From an uncultured virus (IMG/VR IMGVR_UViG_3300025124_000003) (lineage: Duplodnaviria; Heunggongvirae; Uroviricota; Caudoviricetes), in the IMG/VR virus record IMGVR_UViG_3300025124_000003: a DNA stretch of 61,530 nt, one strand, 5' to 3'. The number at the start of each line of letters is the position of its first letter. Positions within the stretch are counted from its first letter, which is position 1. The notes beneath the pieces are model-generated. The model saw nothing but the letters and a program-made list of their open reading frames with translations. It was not told where the DNA came from and ran no database searches. The translations under genes were made by a program, and so were the position numbers. Shown piece by piece: positions 19,418-29,455 of the stretch.

Positions 19418-20515
19418 CTACAACAACTTAAAATAATCAAATTTATCATCAAATTCGTAATCTTCGTCCTCATCCTCGTCTTCTTCAAATTCTTCTTCAA
19501 AGTCTACCGAAGACCAGCCATCCTCTTGATCCAAAAAGCCTTTATCCGAATTCTCTTTTACTTTTTTACGAATAATTTTAAGTTCATTGACAGCTGATCC
19601 ATCTCTAATCATCTCATCAACATCTTCTTCTTCATAATAGAAAAGAAGTTCATCACGAATATCTAGTTTGGTCATTTTTTCGGGATATTCATATTCAAGT
19701 TCTTCAAGATCAAGAAAATCATTGTTTTCGGTATCATAACCAGTGAAATTATTCAAAAAGCTTCGACCTATAATACCTCTACAGCTACTAATTGAAGAAT
19801 GAGAAATTATTTTCTCTGAAAGTTCGGACTCAAATTCACTTTCATCAAAAAGTTGGGGGTATTTTACTGAAAACTCAATGTTTTCGGCAAGAATGTAAGA
19901 ATTACAAAGAGTTTTAACCCTGACTTGCGCTTTGATTTCACGACCTGCAGCAGTAGAGACCACAATTGATACGTCATGATTTTGGTTGATATAAGCATCA
20001 TCTGTCCCTGAGAAGAATGCTCCCATGGTATTATGACTATGGATAACACCAATTATAACTTTATTATCAGCCAAGGATTCCCAATTATATTCAACGTTAT
20101 AAACGCTAGTGCCGGTAACCTTTTGAGAATCAGGAATAACCAAGTCAGTAACAGATACTTTATGATTATCGTGGTCAACAGATCCAACCAAGTACGCCAA
20201 CCATTCCAAATTAGGATAAACTTTCTTTAATTTTTCAATTTTTTTATGTGCAAGAAGGTGAAATTCGATGTGATACTTAGACACATTTATATGACCGCAA
20301 GTTTTGATGATCTTAATACCCGAATCCCAACAATTGAATTTAGATTCTTTTACGTTAAATGCCCCGCCCTTATCATGGAGTTTGATCAGATCATCAAAGT
20401 CTTTATCTGAAATAAGTTCAAGTGCTTTATTTTCTTTAATACCAAACATATAAAATCCCTTCTTATGCTTTTTTAGTTTTTTTTTAATTTTCTTTTCTTC
20501 CCCATAATACCTCAC
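19418..20515 (-). CDS. JAB/MPN+ metallo-isopeptidase with acidic tail
   Basis: EWLAYL ... IHSHNTMGAFFSGTDD (E...HxHx7SxxD); start uncertain. Confidence 0.88.
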   Translation of the reverse strand: MRYYGEEKKIKKKLKKHKKGFYMFGIKENKALELISDKDFDDLIKLHDKGGAFNVKESKFNCWDSGIKIIKTCGHINVSKYHIEFHLLAHKKIEKLKKVYPNLEWLAYLVGSVDHDNHKVSVTDLVIPDSQKVTGTSVYNVEYNWESLADNKVIIGVIHSHNTMGAFFSGTDDAYINQNHDVSIVVSTAAGREIKAQVRVKTLCNSYILAENIEFSVKYPQLFDESEFESELSEKIISHSSISSCRGIIGRSFLNNFTGYDTENNDFLDLEELEYEYPEKMTKLDIRDELLFYYEEEDVDEMIRDGSAVNELKIIRKKVKENSDKGFLDQEDGWSSVDFEEEFEEDEDEDEDYEFDDKFDYFKLL

Positions 20516-20521
20516 AATTTA

Positions 20522-21112
20522 TTATCGATATATTTCTGATAAATCGCAACCCATTTCGCCATTGTGATATTTGAGGATTTTGGCCACACCCAGATACGCA
20601 ACGATGATAGCTGGTGGTGCCCAACTCGGGGTTATACGATACCCATCTTGGGTTTCTCCTGAATCCCATGTTGCGACTCGATCATTGATCGACATCCTGG
20701 TCCCGTCATACCCCACTTTAAGATACCGTGCTTCATTTTCTTGAGCCATACGTTGGTTTTCTAACTGACTTTTATGATTATCAGTACAGTCAACAATCCA
20801 GTCAACACCTTTAGGATAGGTATGATCTTTCAGTGGAAACGGAAACGATTTGACCATACAGTTCGGACGAAGAGATTTTACCACCTGCTTGACCACATCA
20901 GCTTTATTTTTCCCAATAACATCAACTGTTACATCAAGACGGTTAAGGTTTGATTCTTCGATGGTATCAGGATCAAAAACATAAATTGTTTCGACACCTG
21001 ACATTGCAAGACCTTTAGCGACATGAAAACCGATACCGCCAGCCCCGATTACACAAACTTTAATTTTGTTATTAATACCATCAATCAAATCCTGCCGATC
21101 ATAAAAACTCAT
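20522..21112 (-). CDS. E1-like ThiF/MoeB adenylyltransferase
   Basis: YDRQ, IGAGGIG, DPDTIEESNLNR, KA, DCTDN. Confidence 0.92.
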   Translation of the reverse strand: MSFYDRQDLIDGINNKIKVCVIGAGGIGFHVAKGLAMSGVETIYVFDPDTIEESNLNRLDVTVDVIGKNKADVVKQVVKSLRPNCMVKSFPFPLKDHTYPKGVDWIVDCTDNHKSQLENQRMAQENEARYLKVGYDGTRMSINDRVATWDSGETQDGYRITPSWAPPAIIVAYLGVAKILKYHNGEMGCDLSEIYR

Positions 21113-21250
21113 AATAAATTCCTTTCTTTTATGCCCAAAGATAATGCTAAACTACCACACAAATTTTTATATGTCAATCACTTTTTGACCATCCATCGGA
21201 GAGGTTCTGAAATTAAAAGAGGGTCTTTTCAAACCCTCTTTTTTTTGAAA

Positions 21251-22156
21251 TTATGTTGACCAGACTTGACCTACCGAACCGCGAGTTCCTTGATCACCCC
21301 TGTCAGTGTTACGATCAATACCAGCCCTATCATCGGATTGTGAAGTCACATATTCAACGTTAACAGCTGCTTCACCCCTAAGAACGTGTTGTGACAAAGT
21401 ATTCAGTCGGGGAAGACCATCCGGGTTACGATTACCCGGAGACTGAGTATTAACGTTTTCCAGAACCCCCATAGCATGGCGGGCAATAGATAGAATATCT
21501 TTAGGTTCAGACCAATTTGACGGGATTTTCCATTGACCCCAACAATCCGAACTATTACCCATTGAATGATAATGTTTAAATTTGGAAAGACCGATTGTTT
21601 TACAAACCGTTACAGAACGAACTTTATCTTTAACAGTAACAATTACCAGTGTTACCGGAGAAACGAGACGTTTTGCATATTTCGGATCAATCGGCTCACC
21701 ATCAACAAATTTTGGCCAATAAACACCTTGATATAACCAAGTTAAAACATCATTTTCTCTGTAACTTGGGTGACCCTTGACCACGGACAGTCCGGCTTTT
21801 GCTTGTTCATACGTGATATCCGGCATCAAGTTTGCACTAGACAAGCGTACTTGAAGATTTCGCTCTTTTTCCTCAAAATCAATACGATTCTGTTCAACCA
21901 TATAAGACATTTCAGAGATCTTTTTATTAACAACATTTTTTATGGCTTGAAGTTTTTCAGTAAGTTTTGCTGAATATTCAGCCCTAATTTCATCTTCCGG
22001 GAGAGAAGTTTCTTCGGTGAATTCTAATTTAACAAGTCTACCACCGATACGAACGGTCATACCCTCGGATTTAATATTATCAATATTGATATCATCCAAT
22101 ACTGAATCTATGTCACTTTTAATCGATTCAGCGATATTCACATCCCACACTGCCAT
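21251..22156 (-). CDS. Putative prokaryotic E2-like conjugating enzyme with N-terminal coiled coil
   Basis: HYH...DCWG Cys motif; position between Ubl and E1. Confidence 0.55.
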   Translation of the reverse strand: MAVWDVNIAESIKSDIDSVLDDINIDNIKSEGMTVRIGGRLVKLEFTEETSLPEDEIRAEYSAKLTEKLQAIKNVVNKKISEMSYMVEQNRIDFEEKERNLQVRLSSANLMPDITYEQAKAGLSVVKGHPSYRENDVLTWLYQGVYWPKFVDGEPIDPKYAKRLVSPVTLVIVTVKDKVRSVTVCKTIGLSKFKHYHSMGNSSDCWGQWKIPSNWSEPKDILSIARHAMGVLENVNTQSPGNRNPDGLPRLNTLSQHVLRGEAAVNVEYVTSQSDDRAGIDRNTDRGDQGTRGSVGQVWST

Positions 22157-22291
22157 TTTAATTCCTTTCTGTAAATCAAACCGATATGAACATCTTATAT
22201 TTAATGATTGGGATTGTCAACAGTAAAGTTTAAAATTATAAAGAAGAGTTGGGTCTTGATTGACCCAACTCGATTAAATGGTTATACTCGG

Positions 22292-22510
22292 TTAAGCACC
22301 AGCCACTTCATAAGGGCGAATTTCCAGAGACATGCTGGGGTTAAGGGATTCTGGTGCATCTGCAGGATCAATTTCAGAACCGTTCAGAATAACCCGGAAC
22401 TTGCCAAGACCTGCGTTACGTGCAGCGTTAACAACAGTATCGCGAAAAGAAGAACCGGCTTCGATAGTGTTGGTGGAACCATTAATGGTAAGAGTAGTAC
22501 TTTCAGTCAT
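22292..22510 (-). CDS. Ubiquitin-like beta-grasp protein (72 aa)
   Basis: LTING...FRVILNG.EI...LEIRPYEVAGA; SD AAAGGAGA; first gene of the E2-E1-JAB unit. Confidence 0.75.
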   Translation of the reverse strand: MTESTTLTINGSTNTIEAGSSFRDTVVNAARNAGLGKFRVILNGSEIDPADAPESLNPSMSLEIRPYEVAGA

Positions 22511-22624
22511 ATTAAATCTCCTTTCAAGAGAAGTGTGAATTTCCTCACCATGAGGATAAAAATTATTGTTTCGCTTAAGACAGGAACATATTATCAACTC
22601 GTCCTCGGTATGTCAACACTTTTT

Positions 22625-23137
22625 TCACATTCCACGTTTATGGTAAGTTGATTTATTGCTAGACTCTGTTGTCCATTTTTGTTCGGTATCATCAACCGTC
22701 CAAACGTTTTCTTTTTTCGATGCATTCCATAAGCCATGACCCAACGGATTCGTTAACGGAAGACCACACGATTTACGAAGGTATTCCCATCCTTCTGTGA
22801 CCGATTTTTTGTAATAATCATCAAATTCAACTATATCCAATGGGATTTCGGTTGGAATATTTATATTAAAATATTTTTCGAGTTTCTTGATGTTTGTTAC
22901 AAAATTTACATGATATGCGTAGTAACGATCAATATCACCCTTGGTTGGAATCACACTGTGATCTTCTTTTGAAATCAATTCAATTTCAGCTTTAAGGGCA
23001 TCTTGAAATTCTTTCTCTTGTTTACTTTGTAGATCAAGATTTGAATCCTGAATTTTTTTGACACCAAAAATGATTTCACTTTCCTCTTTATGGAGCCAAT
23101 TATCAATCCTTTCATGTACCCATTTGAATATGTTCAT
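22625..23137 (-). CDS. Hypothetical protein
   Basis: ORF with SD-like AAGGA. Confidence 0.5.
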   Translation of the reverse strand: MNIFKWVHERIDNWLHKEESEIIFGVKKIQDSNLDLQSKQEKEFQDALKAEIELISKEDHSVIPTKGDIDRYYAYHVNFVTNIKKLEKYFNINIPTEIPLDIVEFDDYYKKSVTEGWEYLRKSCGLPLTNPLGHGLWNASKKENVWTVDDTEQKWTTESSNKSTYHKRGM

Positions 23138-23159
23138 ACTTTTCCTTTCAATCTCGATA

Positions 23160-23897
23160 TCAATCTTCTGATTTCTGTAAAAGATAGTAATTTTCTCTGC
23201 CATCGTTTCTTTCAAATGATACCATACCAGATTCTTGTGAATCCATCCATACAAATTTTACCTTAAAATTCGTAAAATTATCATCAATAACCTGCAAAAG
23301 AGCATTAAAATTCTTATAATCCAAACAAATATCACAATTAGAAACATTAATGGTTGCAAGTTCAAAACTAATCCCATTCATAAATCTGTTAGATCTGTCA
23401 GTTGTTTCAATTATAAACTTATTATCACAAACTGTAAAGTAGACAACTTCAAATTTACCAGCAATTTTACGAATTTTATCAAAATTACTTTTGAGTTCAT
23501 TGGTCAATTCTAATTCATAGAATGGCTGAATGTTTGGAGTATTTCCGGTGAACGTTGTAACAGTGCTTGGCATACAAAAAAACAGGTCTGTTTTATGTCT
23601 ACCAGCTTTTAGTACAATCCCTGCAGTATTAACACTTAGATCAACAACATCATTATCAATCAGGTTCAAGTATGGTTTAACATTTACATTTGGCTCATCA
23701 AAATATAAATCCACTTCATCTGGCAATTCCGTAACTACATCATTAGGAAGATCCAATGAAATAACAACAGAGTTCCCCTGACTTCTCATTTTTGATATCA
23801 CTCTATCTCTTTGAATGTTCAAGTGAACAGAGGGAATCACATAGTTCAATGTCGCTTTTTTGATCAATTCTTGTAAATTATTTACATTAATATTCAT
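23160..23897 (-). CDS. gp45: Sliding clamp (gp45-like)
   Basis: ~245-aa beta-rich ORF ending YYLL, next to clamp-loader genes. Confidence 0.7.
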   Translation of the reverse strand: MNINVNNLQELIKKATLNYVIPSVHLNIQRDRVISKMRSQGNSVVISLDLPNDVVTELPDEVDLYFDEPNVNVKPYLNLIDNDVVDLSVNTAGIVLKAGRHKTDLFFCMPSTVTTFTGNTPNIQPFYELELTNELKSNFDKIRKIAGKFEVVYFTVCDNKFIIETTDRSNRFMNGISFELATINVSNCDICLDYKNFNALLQVIDDNFTNFKVKFVWMDSQESGMVSFERNDGRENYYLLQKSED

Positions 23898-23915
23898 ATA
23901 TATATCCCTTTATTT

Positions 23916-24245
23916 TTAATCGCACTCAATCCAAACTTTATTCTCCTTAAAATTTTCAAGAAGTTTCAGATGTAAGTGGTATTTTTCTTGTCGTAAAACT
24001 GTTGTTTTGAAATGAGACAAGAACCATATTGCCAACAGTATATTAATAATACTTAACCCTATGGGATTGAACATAAAACATGCTACATTAAGACCAAATG
24101 CACACGCCAAAAAAGCACTCATAAACTCTTCTAAATACAAAACTTTCTTAAGCTTACTCGATGTTCGATTAATCTTCGACATAAGTTCTTCTTCTGATAC
24201 ATCAACCCCTTGACTCATAACAACATCACTCTTTTTTTCTGACAT
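23916..24245 (-). CDS. Small membrane protein
   Basis: Two hydrophobic segments. Confidence 0.5.
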   Translation of the reverse strand: MSEKKSDVVMSQGVDVSEEELMSKINRTSSKLKKVLYLEEFMSAFLACAFGLNVACFMFNPIGLSIINILLAIWFLSHFKTTVLRQEKYHLHLKLLENFKENKVWIECD

Positions 24246-24249
24246 AGTT

Positions 24250-24609
24250 CTACCCTTTCCCTATTGAAAGAAGTGCTTCTCTTTTTGAGACTCCGTAAGT
24301 TTCCATGAGAGATTTAACTTTCTCATTATCTTTTGATTCCTTGGATTTTTTTGTAAATTTAATAAATCTCTTCTTTTTTGGAATCTTTGATACATAATAC
24401 CGGAATATTAGTTTATCGTCAAGGGAAAAATGATATTGATTTATTTTATTAACAATTTCAATAAGTTCTGGATCTTCTGACAGAAACAATGAGATAACCC
24501 ATGCACTAACCTCTTTCGGATTATAATTACAAGGGGTTTTAGTGTTTATTGCGTTCAACACCTCTGTTAGATGGTTTCCTTTTTTTGTTGGGGACTTTCT
24601 TTTTATCAT
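24250..24609 (-). CDS. gp62: Clamp-loader small subunit (gp62-like)
   Basis: IN..H..L..K...Y...IPKKKRF.K...YGVS.REA pattern. Confidence 0.75.
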   Translation of the reverse strand: MIKRKSPTKKGNHLTEVLNAINTKTPCNYNPKEVSAWVISLFLSEDPELIEIVNKINQYHFSLDDKLIFRYYVSKIPKKKRFIKFTKKSKESKDNEKVKSLMETYGVSKREALLSIGKG

Positions 24610-24729
24610 CAGTTTTCTCCTTGAAATCTGGTTTTATGTTATCATTCAAAGAATCTTGTAGCTTTTTTAAGATATCAGGAGTCACTTCAAAGTTCTTTTT
24701 CTTTTGATTGTCATACCTCTTTTTTGATT

Positions 24730-25701
24730 TCATACCGCACCACCTCTCATCATTTTCACACACATACTTATAAAGTTTATCTCCCTGTTAGCTACCATAT
24801 TATCGCGATAGTCATGTTCACCAACCAATTCTATCGCCACACCTGCGTTTTTAAACTTCTCATCATCATTAAATAATATATCACATATAAACATATAAAG
24901 ACTTGTATAGTCAATAGGATTGGATTTTAGAATAGCCCTTATCTTATCCAATTCGCCTTTATATAATCCGTCCAAGATTTCCTTATACGTCTCTTCTGAT
25001 GCAGATAATACAAAGTTGTCTCGTAACACACCATCAATAACATTCATTCTTAATGTTACCAATGTATTACGGACATCGGGCTTTTTCTGCCATATAGACT
25101 TGACCATTTCAACTACAGTTTTTTTGTTATACTTAACCCCTTCTTGGTCAAGAATAGACCAACAACGTTTAACAACATCGACTGCTGGCGGATTGTTTAA
25201 TTCCACGTGCTGACACCTAGAAAACATTTCATCCATAATTTTATGGGGATAGTTACATGCCAAAATGAATCTGGTGTATTTTTGTGTCTGTTCAATTAAA
25301 TCACGCAACATAGCCTGTCCGTTGTGCGAAAGATAATCAACCTCATTAAGAAAAACTATCTTAAGGGCACCAAAACCGATGGATGTTGCAAATGGTTTAA
25401 CTTTATCACGAACATCATCAATGCTCGTATAATCCGAACAATTAATCTTAAGGATATCTATATCAGGATGTGTTGACCTGAGAACATCGACGAATGTTCC
25501 TTTTCCTGTACCGGGAGGTCCGCTAAGTATCATGTTAGGTAATTCATCAAGTGCTTTCTTTAAAACCGGTTTGAGTTCTTCCGACACAATCATTTCTTCA
25601 AATGATTTTGGCATGTATTTAAATTCATAGGGAGTAGTATTCACAGATAATCCTTTTTTGTTTTTATTGACATTAAAGCGAAAGGGTGGAATGTAAACCA
25701 T
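24730..25701 (-). CDS. gp44: Clamp-loader AAA+ ATPase (gp44/RFC-like)
   Basis: KYMP, GPPGTGKG, INCSD, NEVD, FILACN, SRC. Confidence 0.93.
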   Translation of the reverse strand: MVYIPPFRFNVNKNKKGLSVNTTPYEFKYMPKSFEEMIVSEELKPVLKKALDELPNMILSGPPGTGKGTFVDVLRSTHPDIDILKINCSDYTSIDDVRDKVKPFATSIGFGALKIVFLNEVDYLSHNGQAMLRDLIEQTQKYTRFILACNYPHKIMDEMFSRCQHVELNNPPAVDVVKRCWSILDQEGVKYNKKTVVEMVKSIWQKKPDVRNTLVTLRMNVIDGVLRDNFVLSASEETYKEILDGLYKGELDKIRAILKSNPIDYTSLYMFICDILFNDDEKFKNAGVAIELVGEHDYRDNMVANREINFISMCVKMMRGGAV

Positions 25702-25726
25702 CCTTTTATGACATTAATATAATAGA

Positions 25727-26011
25727 TTATTTGATAATTATTCGATTGTATCCTTTAGCTGTTGAGATGGTTTGAACGTTGGGAATTCTTTTAGGTGGAA
25801 CACGAACCGGAGTACCAGTTTGCGGATTACGTGCCAATCTAGGTTTTCTTTGTCTTACAATAAAGTTCCCAAAACCAACCAAAGTCACCTTACCGTCTTT
25901 TTTCATACCAAATTCAATACCTTCCAAAATAGCATCCACAAAAATTTTTACATCTTTTTTGTATGTTCCTGTTTGGTTTGCAACATATTCTACTAGCTTT
26001 GCTTTATTCAT
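25727..26011 (-). CDS. hup: HU/IHF-family DNA-binding protein (apparent +1 frameshift near the C-terminus)
   Basis: MNKAKL, GFGNF, RNPQTG; removing one C at 25781-25783 restores PTFKPSQQLKD. Confidence 0.9.
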   Translation of the reverse strand: MNKAKLVEYVANQTGTYKKDVKIFVDAILEGIEFGMKKDGKVTLVGFGNFIVRQRKPRLARNPQTGTPVRVPPKRIPNVQTISTAKGYNRIIIK

Positions 26012-26207
26012 AAATTTAAACTCTCCTCAACTTCAACAAATTATTTACTATCAATAATATTGAATTTTACTGTAAATGTAAACCTTTATGTTTCTCTTTA
26101 CGTGAATATTTCTTATCACCATGTCTTTGAGTAGGAGGTGCGATAGGTTTCCTAATTTTATCAAAAACTGATTTATTTTTATTCTTTTTCATGGCAACGA
26201 ACCTTTA

Positions 26208-26465
26208 TTATTTTGTTTGATAAACAGGGATATACGATGTGTTTACAGATTTTTTCTTAAGTTCTTTTTGTTTCTTCTCTCTATCCGAATCCGTTTCAGG
26301 GTCATATGGATCGTCACCCTCTTCATCGGTATCAGACTCTGAATCTGATGCCTGTTCATCAGAATCTTTATCATCATTCTTCTTCTTTGCCGGGAAATTT
26401 TTACCGTCACTCCCCCCTTCACCAAGGAAGAGGTCAATCTTTTCTAGTAAATCCATATTATACAC
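26208..26465 (-). CDS. Small acidic late protein
   Basis: MDLLEKIDLFLGE; TATAAATA at 26489-26496. Confidence 0.55.
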   Translation of the reverse strand: MYNMDLLEKIDLFLGEGGSDGKNFPAKKKNDDKDSDEQASDSESDTDEEGDDPYDPETDSDREKKQKELKKKSVNTSYIPVYQTK

Positions 26466-26516
26466 TCCTGTTGTGTTTATTACAAGAGTATTTATAAAAT
26501 TTTACACAAAAAAATT

Positions 26517-26890
26517 GAAGGGATGCCACAATGTGAGTGTAGTATCCCTTCGTCTTCTCTAGTTATATAGTCTCTAGTATAATGTATAATCTTTATATAA
26601 GTCTAGATCATACGGGAGGGCAAGAATTTTTTTAGATTTGTGTCCTTGTAATCTCCTAACCCTTGAATTACGAACAAGGATATACTACCATCGTTAAGTT
26701 ATCTTCTTTAAGTTTCTTTAATTAGTGTTTCTACTACGGCGAACCTCGGATTTTTACTAGTCTAGTTCCAATCATACGTTCTCCTGTCAGTTATACACTT
26801 TTCAGTAACGTTTTTCAACCTGTGGCCGCAAGCTAGGAGGATTCCTTCATCATCATCGCTAATGTGTCGGTCATCACCCTTTAAGAGTCT
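26517..26890 (-). other. ORF-poor transcription unit (ncRNA or origin candidate) containing a 13-codon sORF
   Basis: TTTACA-17-TATTCT promoter near 26895-26923; GAAGGGAT/ATCCCTTC+U terminator at 26517-26552; AGGAG-ATG sORF 26734-26775. Confidence 0.4.
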
Positions 26891-26932
26891 ATAGAATATC
26901 AAATAGGAATGGGTATGTAAACCCCTTTGGAC

Positions 26933-27120
26933 AAAAAAGAAGGGCTTTTATTCATTGCTGAGGAAAAAGCCCTAAGAAAAACCTTATATATCAACAGCGA
27001 ATCCGCTGTTAAAGAGGGGATGGGCGAAGTAACCTCTCACCCTATAGGTTGGTCTGAGCATGTTACCTTTACAGACCGTGTATAAGGGGGATTTTTAAGG
27101 AAAACCCCCGAACCATCCGA
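26933..27120 (-). ncRNA. Candidate late-expressed structured RNA with complementary loops
   Basis: TATAAATA 27124-27131; hairpins 27086-27109, 27051-27077, 27022-27042; terminator 26933-26973. Confidence 0.55.
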
Positions 27121-27294
27121 AAGTATTTATAAAATCTTGACTTCTAATAAAATTTTTATAAAACTTCCTCAACCTTATCAATTTTGGTACGTTTAACTTC
27201 GTCTTCACACATATAGAAGACCATCTTCTCTGTAGTTTTCAATAAGGGGTATCGTTCACCCTCAATAACAACGATTTTACTATCACTGGCATAA

Positions 27295-27546
27295 TTAGTA
27301 TTTTTCTCTATCATCTTCATCAATCCAGACAACAAAACCATCAGAACTCTTTTGTAGGATGTAATCCTGCCCATTATATCTTACAAAATGTTTGTTCAGG
27401 GTCTTGTTATGCTTTGGTTTCCTTGTGATTTTTTTCACAACATCGTGATAATAAGGTCTTACACAAAATTTAATCTCAACTTTTTCCATTAGTAGCCCCT
27501 TTCTCGTATAAAACACACTACCATGTTTCATATAAGATGTAAACAT
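27295..27546 (-). CDS. Hypothetical protein
   Basis: ORF in operon orientation. Confidence 0.45.
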   Translation of the reverse strand: MFTSYMKHGSVFYTRKGLLMEKVEIKFCVRPYYHDVVKKITRKPKHNKTLNKHFVRYNGQDYILQKSSDGFVVWIDEDDREKY

Positions 27547-27815
27547 TAATCCTCGTTAACAGGTTTAACATTTTCACCACGACCTTTTGCCTCTTTAAAT
27601 GCTCTCCAATACTGTGACGTTTCACCTGTCCAATCACACATATCAGTCTTGTTATTATACTTCAACTCAAATGAACCGAAATCAGGTTTTTTTGTCATTT
27701 GTTTCCCACACACAGGACAGACATCTTTTGGATCTTCTCCATATGAAAGCCATAAATCTTCTTTAATAATCCCACAATTCACACAAACTATATCTATCAA
27801 CACTTTTTTAGACAT
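27546..27815 (-). CDS. FmdB-like zinc-ribbon protein
   Basis: CVNCG...CPVCG. Confidence 0.7.
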   Translation of the reverse strand: MSKKVLIDIVCVNCGIIKEDLWLSYGEDPKDVCPVCGKQMTKKPDFGSFELKYNNKTDMCDWTGETSQYWRAFKEAKGRGENVKPVNED

Positions 27816-27839
27816 ATCACTCCTCTCTTTTTATTAATA

Positions 27840-28046
27840 TCATTTTGAATAACCACTATCATACCAACCCCCGCCTTTCAATTCAAATGATGACACACTA
27901 GGTATTTTTATAGCATCACCACCACAATCCGAACATTTCATTTTATTAATATAAGAGTGACTCATTGGTATGAGATTTTCTTTAACACATCCACATACCT
28001 TGCATTTAAATTCATATATAGGAATGACACACCTCCTCCATCTCAC
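27840..28046 (-). CDS. FmdB-family zinc-ribbon protein
   Basis: PIYEFKCKVCG...CSDCG...FELKGGGWY. Confidence 0.85.
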   Translation of the reverse strand: MRWRRCVIPIYEFKCKVCGCVKENLIPMSHSYINKMKCSDCGGDAIKIPSVSSFELKGGGWYDSGYSK

Positions 28047-28114
28047 ACAAATATTTAAGTTTGTAAGATGTTGCTTTTATTGTATATAAAAAATTTATGA
28101 CACTTAAACTCGTA

Positions 28115-28990
28115 TCAAGTAGTGGCATCTATTCTCTCCAAAAAGTTTCTTATATTATTGATTAAATTTTTTACATTACCATCACTGTCGAAATAAACGG
28201 ATGATGATTTTTTATTACCGAAATTGTAGATACCACCCTCTTTGAATTGTCCTACATTCTCACCCCATGATATACAAGGAGCGCCTTGTAGGTTAGATAT
28301 AACTGCCCAATGAGAACATGGACACACGACAGCGGTGGCGTTTGTGATTGCTGTTACAATTTTTTTATAACCATTCCGTAAATAATCAACATTTTTTAAA
28401 ATTTCATTATCATCTGGTAAGTGACACTTCATATCACCTATCAACGATACTCTGTAGTTTTTTTGTAAAAAGTCCCATATATGAATGGCATCAGCGGGTG
28501 ACATACATTCATCTGGAATAAAAACAATGTTCCCTCTCTTCTTTGAAATGGAAACTTTAATTGGTTCAAAAACCTTATGATACATTGATATAGGTGATAT
28601 GTATTTGACATATGGTAGTGATTGGTGATTAATGTCTTTTTTAATACAACCTATCTGCTCAACAATATCATCCTTATATTCTTTAACAATTGACATAAAA
28701 TCACGTTGATCTACATCTTTATGAGAATATCCATTATGATGAATTTCTTGCCGCGTAATCTGTTTGTATACAGGTATAAACTTCTTATTGGAAATCTGCG
28801 GATAAAGAAATTTTCTATTAAAATGAGATGAATAGAATACCGTTTTGCTTTCAGTATTTAACTCAATCCATCTCATATGAGGTCTAAATGTCAATATTTC
28901 CTGTTCAAACGATCCAATAAATGGACCTAAAGCGAGAATTCTTCTATCCATATTATACCCTTTTACACTAATATAAGATTTCCTGACCAA
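28115..28990 (-). CDS. Hypothetical protein, GT-B/GT9-like C-terminus
   Basis: ITNATAVVCP.S.W..ISNLQGAP.ISWG resembles heptosyltransferase C-terminal motif. Confidence 0.4.
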   Translation of the reverse strand: MVRKSYISVKGYNMDRRILALGPFIGSFEQEILTFRPHMRWIELNTESKTVFYSSHFNRKFLYPQISNKKFIPVYKQITRQEIHHNGYSHKDVDQRDFMSIVKEYKDDIVEQIGCIKKDINHQSLPYVKYISPISMYHKVFEPIKVSISKKRGNIVFIPDECMSPADAIHIWDFLQKNYRVSLIGDMKCHLPDDNEILKNVDYLRNGYKKIVTAITNATAVVCPCSHWAVISNLQGAPCISWGENVGQFKEGGIYNFGNKKSSSVYFDSDGNVKNLINNIRNFLERIDATT

Positions 28991-29433
28991 TTGTTATAAG
29001 GAGCCGGGTTCTCTTTGTAAAACTTATGACCGACAATCATAACTTCGGTGTTTAGTAGAATATCTTCTAGTGACACAGAAAACACAAATGCCTTTTCTAA
29101 TATACTCAATTTTGTTGTATCCAATAAAACTTTATTATTTCTTTTAAAAAATGTAATCAGTTTATCACCTTCAACATTGGATATATAATATTTTTTGTTT
29201 GTGTTCCGTAAAATGTCGTTATAAAATTTTACATTACTATCAATTACGAATCTATTTGTTAATTTGAATGTCTTTAATACATACTCTACTTTTTCAAGGG
29301 AAGGATTTTTAAATTCCAATTTTATTAAATGAATACGTGGTATTGACTGAATTTTTTGATCTGTCATATTTAATTCATTTATACGAACATAATCACTCCC
29401 CATAGTTGTTATTTTCATTACACTTTCCTCCAT
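28963..29433 (-). CDS. Hypothetical protein
   Basis: 156-aa ORF. Confidence 0.55.
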   Translation of the reverse strand: MEESVMKITTMGSDYVRINELNMTDQKIQSIPRIHLIKLEFKNPSLEKVEYVLKTFKLTNRFVIDSNVKFYNDILRNTNKKYYISNVEGDKLITFFKRNNKVLLDTTKLSILEKAFVFSVSLEDILLNTEVMIVGHKFYKENPAPYNNWSGNLILV

Positions 29434-29455
29434 TAAATATACAATTTAATTATAT

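Noticed and set aside
20470..20515. -1 slippery site (A AAA AAC) at the JAB gene start
   Set aside because: GAGGT-ATG at 20505 joins the JAB frame if A9 is A10; cannot be separated from homopolymer error, and other starts exist.
25727..25790. Novel C-terminal extension of HU
   Set aside because: Deleting one C restores the canonical P.FKP...LKD ending; probable indel error.
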